A DNA stretch of 64,000 nt from Octopus sinensis. Its lineage: Eukaryota. Below, one piece after another: positions 62,751-64,000 of the stretch. The notes beneath the pieces were generated by a model. It had not been told where the DNA came from. It worked only from the letters and a program-made list of their open reading frames with translations, and searched no databases. Positions within the stretch are counted from its first letter, which is position 1. Each line of letters begins with the position of its first letter. The stretch covers positions 50,158,001 through 50,222,000 of the forward strand of contig NC_043015.1 in the NCBI RefSeq assembly GCF_006345805.1, written 5' to 3'. The translations under genes and the position numbers were made by a program.

Positions 62751-62813
62751 AGATAAAACTCTGAGTTTCAGATGCCGAAGTGGAAATCCACAACACCATC
62801 TCTTCGGTTATCT
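62751..62813 (-). ncRNA. Degenerate type-I hammerhead-like motif in ATG3 intron 1 (antisense)
   Basis: Minus strand AGATAA-CCGAAGA-GATG...CATC t-GAAA-CTCAGAG-TT-TTATCT. Helix I has 6 bp and U4 is changed to C. Flanks match the element at 35661-35830. Confidence 0.45.
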
Positions 62814-64000
62814 GGCTATATATATATATATATATAGATGTGTATCATAGGTGAGTCAAAGATCTAGGGGTCGTGCCAAAGCATTTATCAAAAACTTCGG
62901 CACGAAACCTTCAGGTCTTCAGTCACTACACACATATCATGTAGGTGGGTCTATGTCTCGCCTACATGTAACACTATATATATATATATTGTATTATCAT
63001 TACTTACAATTCATTTATTGTCAGTCAATAAACGACATCAAATATTTTGAACAACAACATTAGTACTATTTGTTTTGTTGGAAGTTATGGTTAATTTAAA
63101 ACACTTATTCATCTTATTAACAACCTTTAACCCTAATTGTTCATTACATTAAAAAAAAATTGCTAATTTTTTCCTAGCCCAAATTATAATTTCTCTTTCC
63201 TTCTGTTGATTCCTTGACATATATACATATATAGCTGGCTCCTTGATTTGACAGAAATGTATCGTTTACTAGGTCCACACTGAGGTCCTTTACTAAGGCA
63301 GTATGCGAACCCGTACCTCTTAGCTCCAAGAAGATGCTAATTTCATTAACTTCACAGAAAGTTTCTGTTGGTTTCTGAACGAGAAAAATTTCCTCATAGC
63401 TTCATCCATTCGCAATTTCTAAACCCCTGTTAATTAAACATCTGTTAATTAGGTACCCTATTTAAAGTGCTTGTTACTCGAAAATCAATGACGTAGGCAC
63501 TTATAGTAGTCGGGTCTTCATTTCTTTGTATTTCTGTTATTTTTCTTCTTTTCGGTTGTTAATTAGAAAGATAACTCTTCGTTTAATTCCCTAATGGCTT
63601 GCTTTCTTGTATGTCAAGTTCTGTACGGATACGTAACCAAGAAACTGTGAATCCCTGGGTAGAAATGATTGAGTTTCTTTCTTCTATGGTTCAGTGATTA
63701 CAGATTTACACCTCACTAACATATTATGTTAATGTGTTTTGAGGGAAACCGAATTTTGTCCCCCCCTCCACCTCTCTCTTTCAAGCTCCGAGCAAGGTGG
63801 TTGCTTTGTAAGACCCGTCCAGGTATGAATGGCTCGCATTTTCCGATCGATTCTGCGTGCGTTGTCAAATTAGAAGTCACCATAACGAAAAAACGGTGGA
63901 CAGGATAGATACATAATATCTAATAGTGTTGTCCCCCCAGTGAGATATATACTGATAATAAATACTGACAAATCGAAGGTAGATATCGATAATAAATCAA

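Overview
AT-rich, microsatellite- and transposon-dense eukaryotic genomic DNA. The repeat families resemble those of Octopus or another coleoid cephalopod; this is inferred, not shown by the sequence. Two protein-coding genes are supported, both partial and on the + strand. (1) The last three coding exons of a Na+/K+-ATPase (X,K-ATPase) beta subunit lie at 8215-8396, 10154-10255 and 13411-13647; upstream exons were not found in the window. (2) The first coding exon of the autophagy E2-like enzyme ATG3 lies at 61963-62034. The rest is tRNA-derived SINEs (at least 4 families), RTE, CR1 and RLE-type non-LTR retrotransposon relics, MITEs (hAT, piggyBac, Tc1/mariner, Merlin-like), a candidate solo LTR, large compound microsatellites and one 100-N gap. 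Almost all long ORFs in the supplied track are microsatellite artefacts. The most interesting unexplained signal is a set of about 10 minimal type-I hammerhead-ribozyme-like motifs from at least 4 sequence families, several with a palindromic helix III. They sit mostly in fold-back, Penelope-like repeats inserted at (TA)n tracts. One copy (37295-37369) has a fully intact core and all three helices. One pair lies in the two arms of a 600-bp palindrome. A tRNA-headed SINE-like element also carries a hammerhead-like tail. All folds were derived by eye and are untested.
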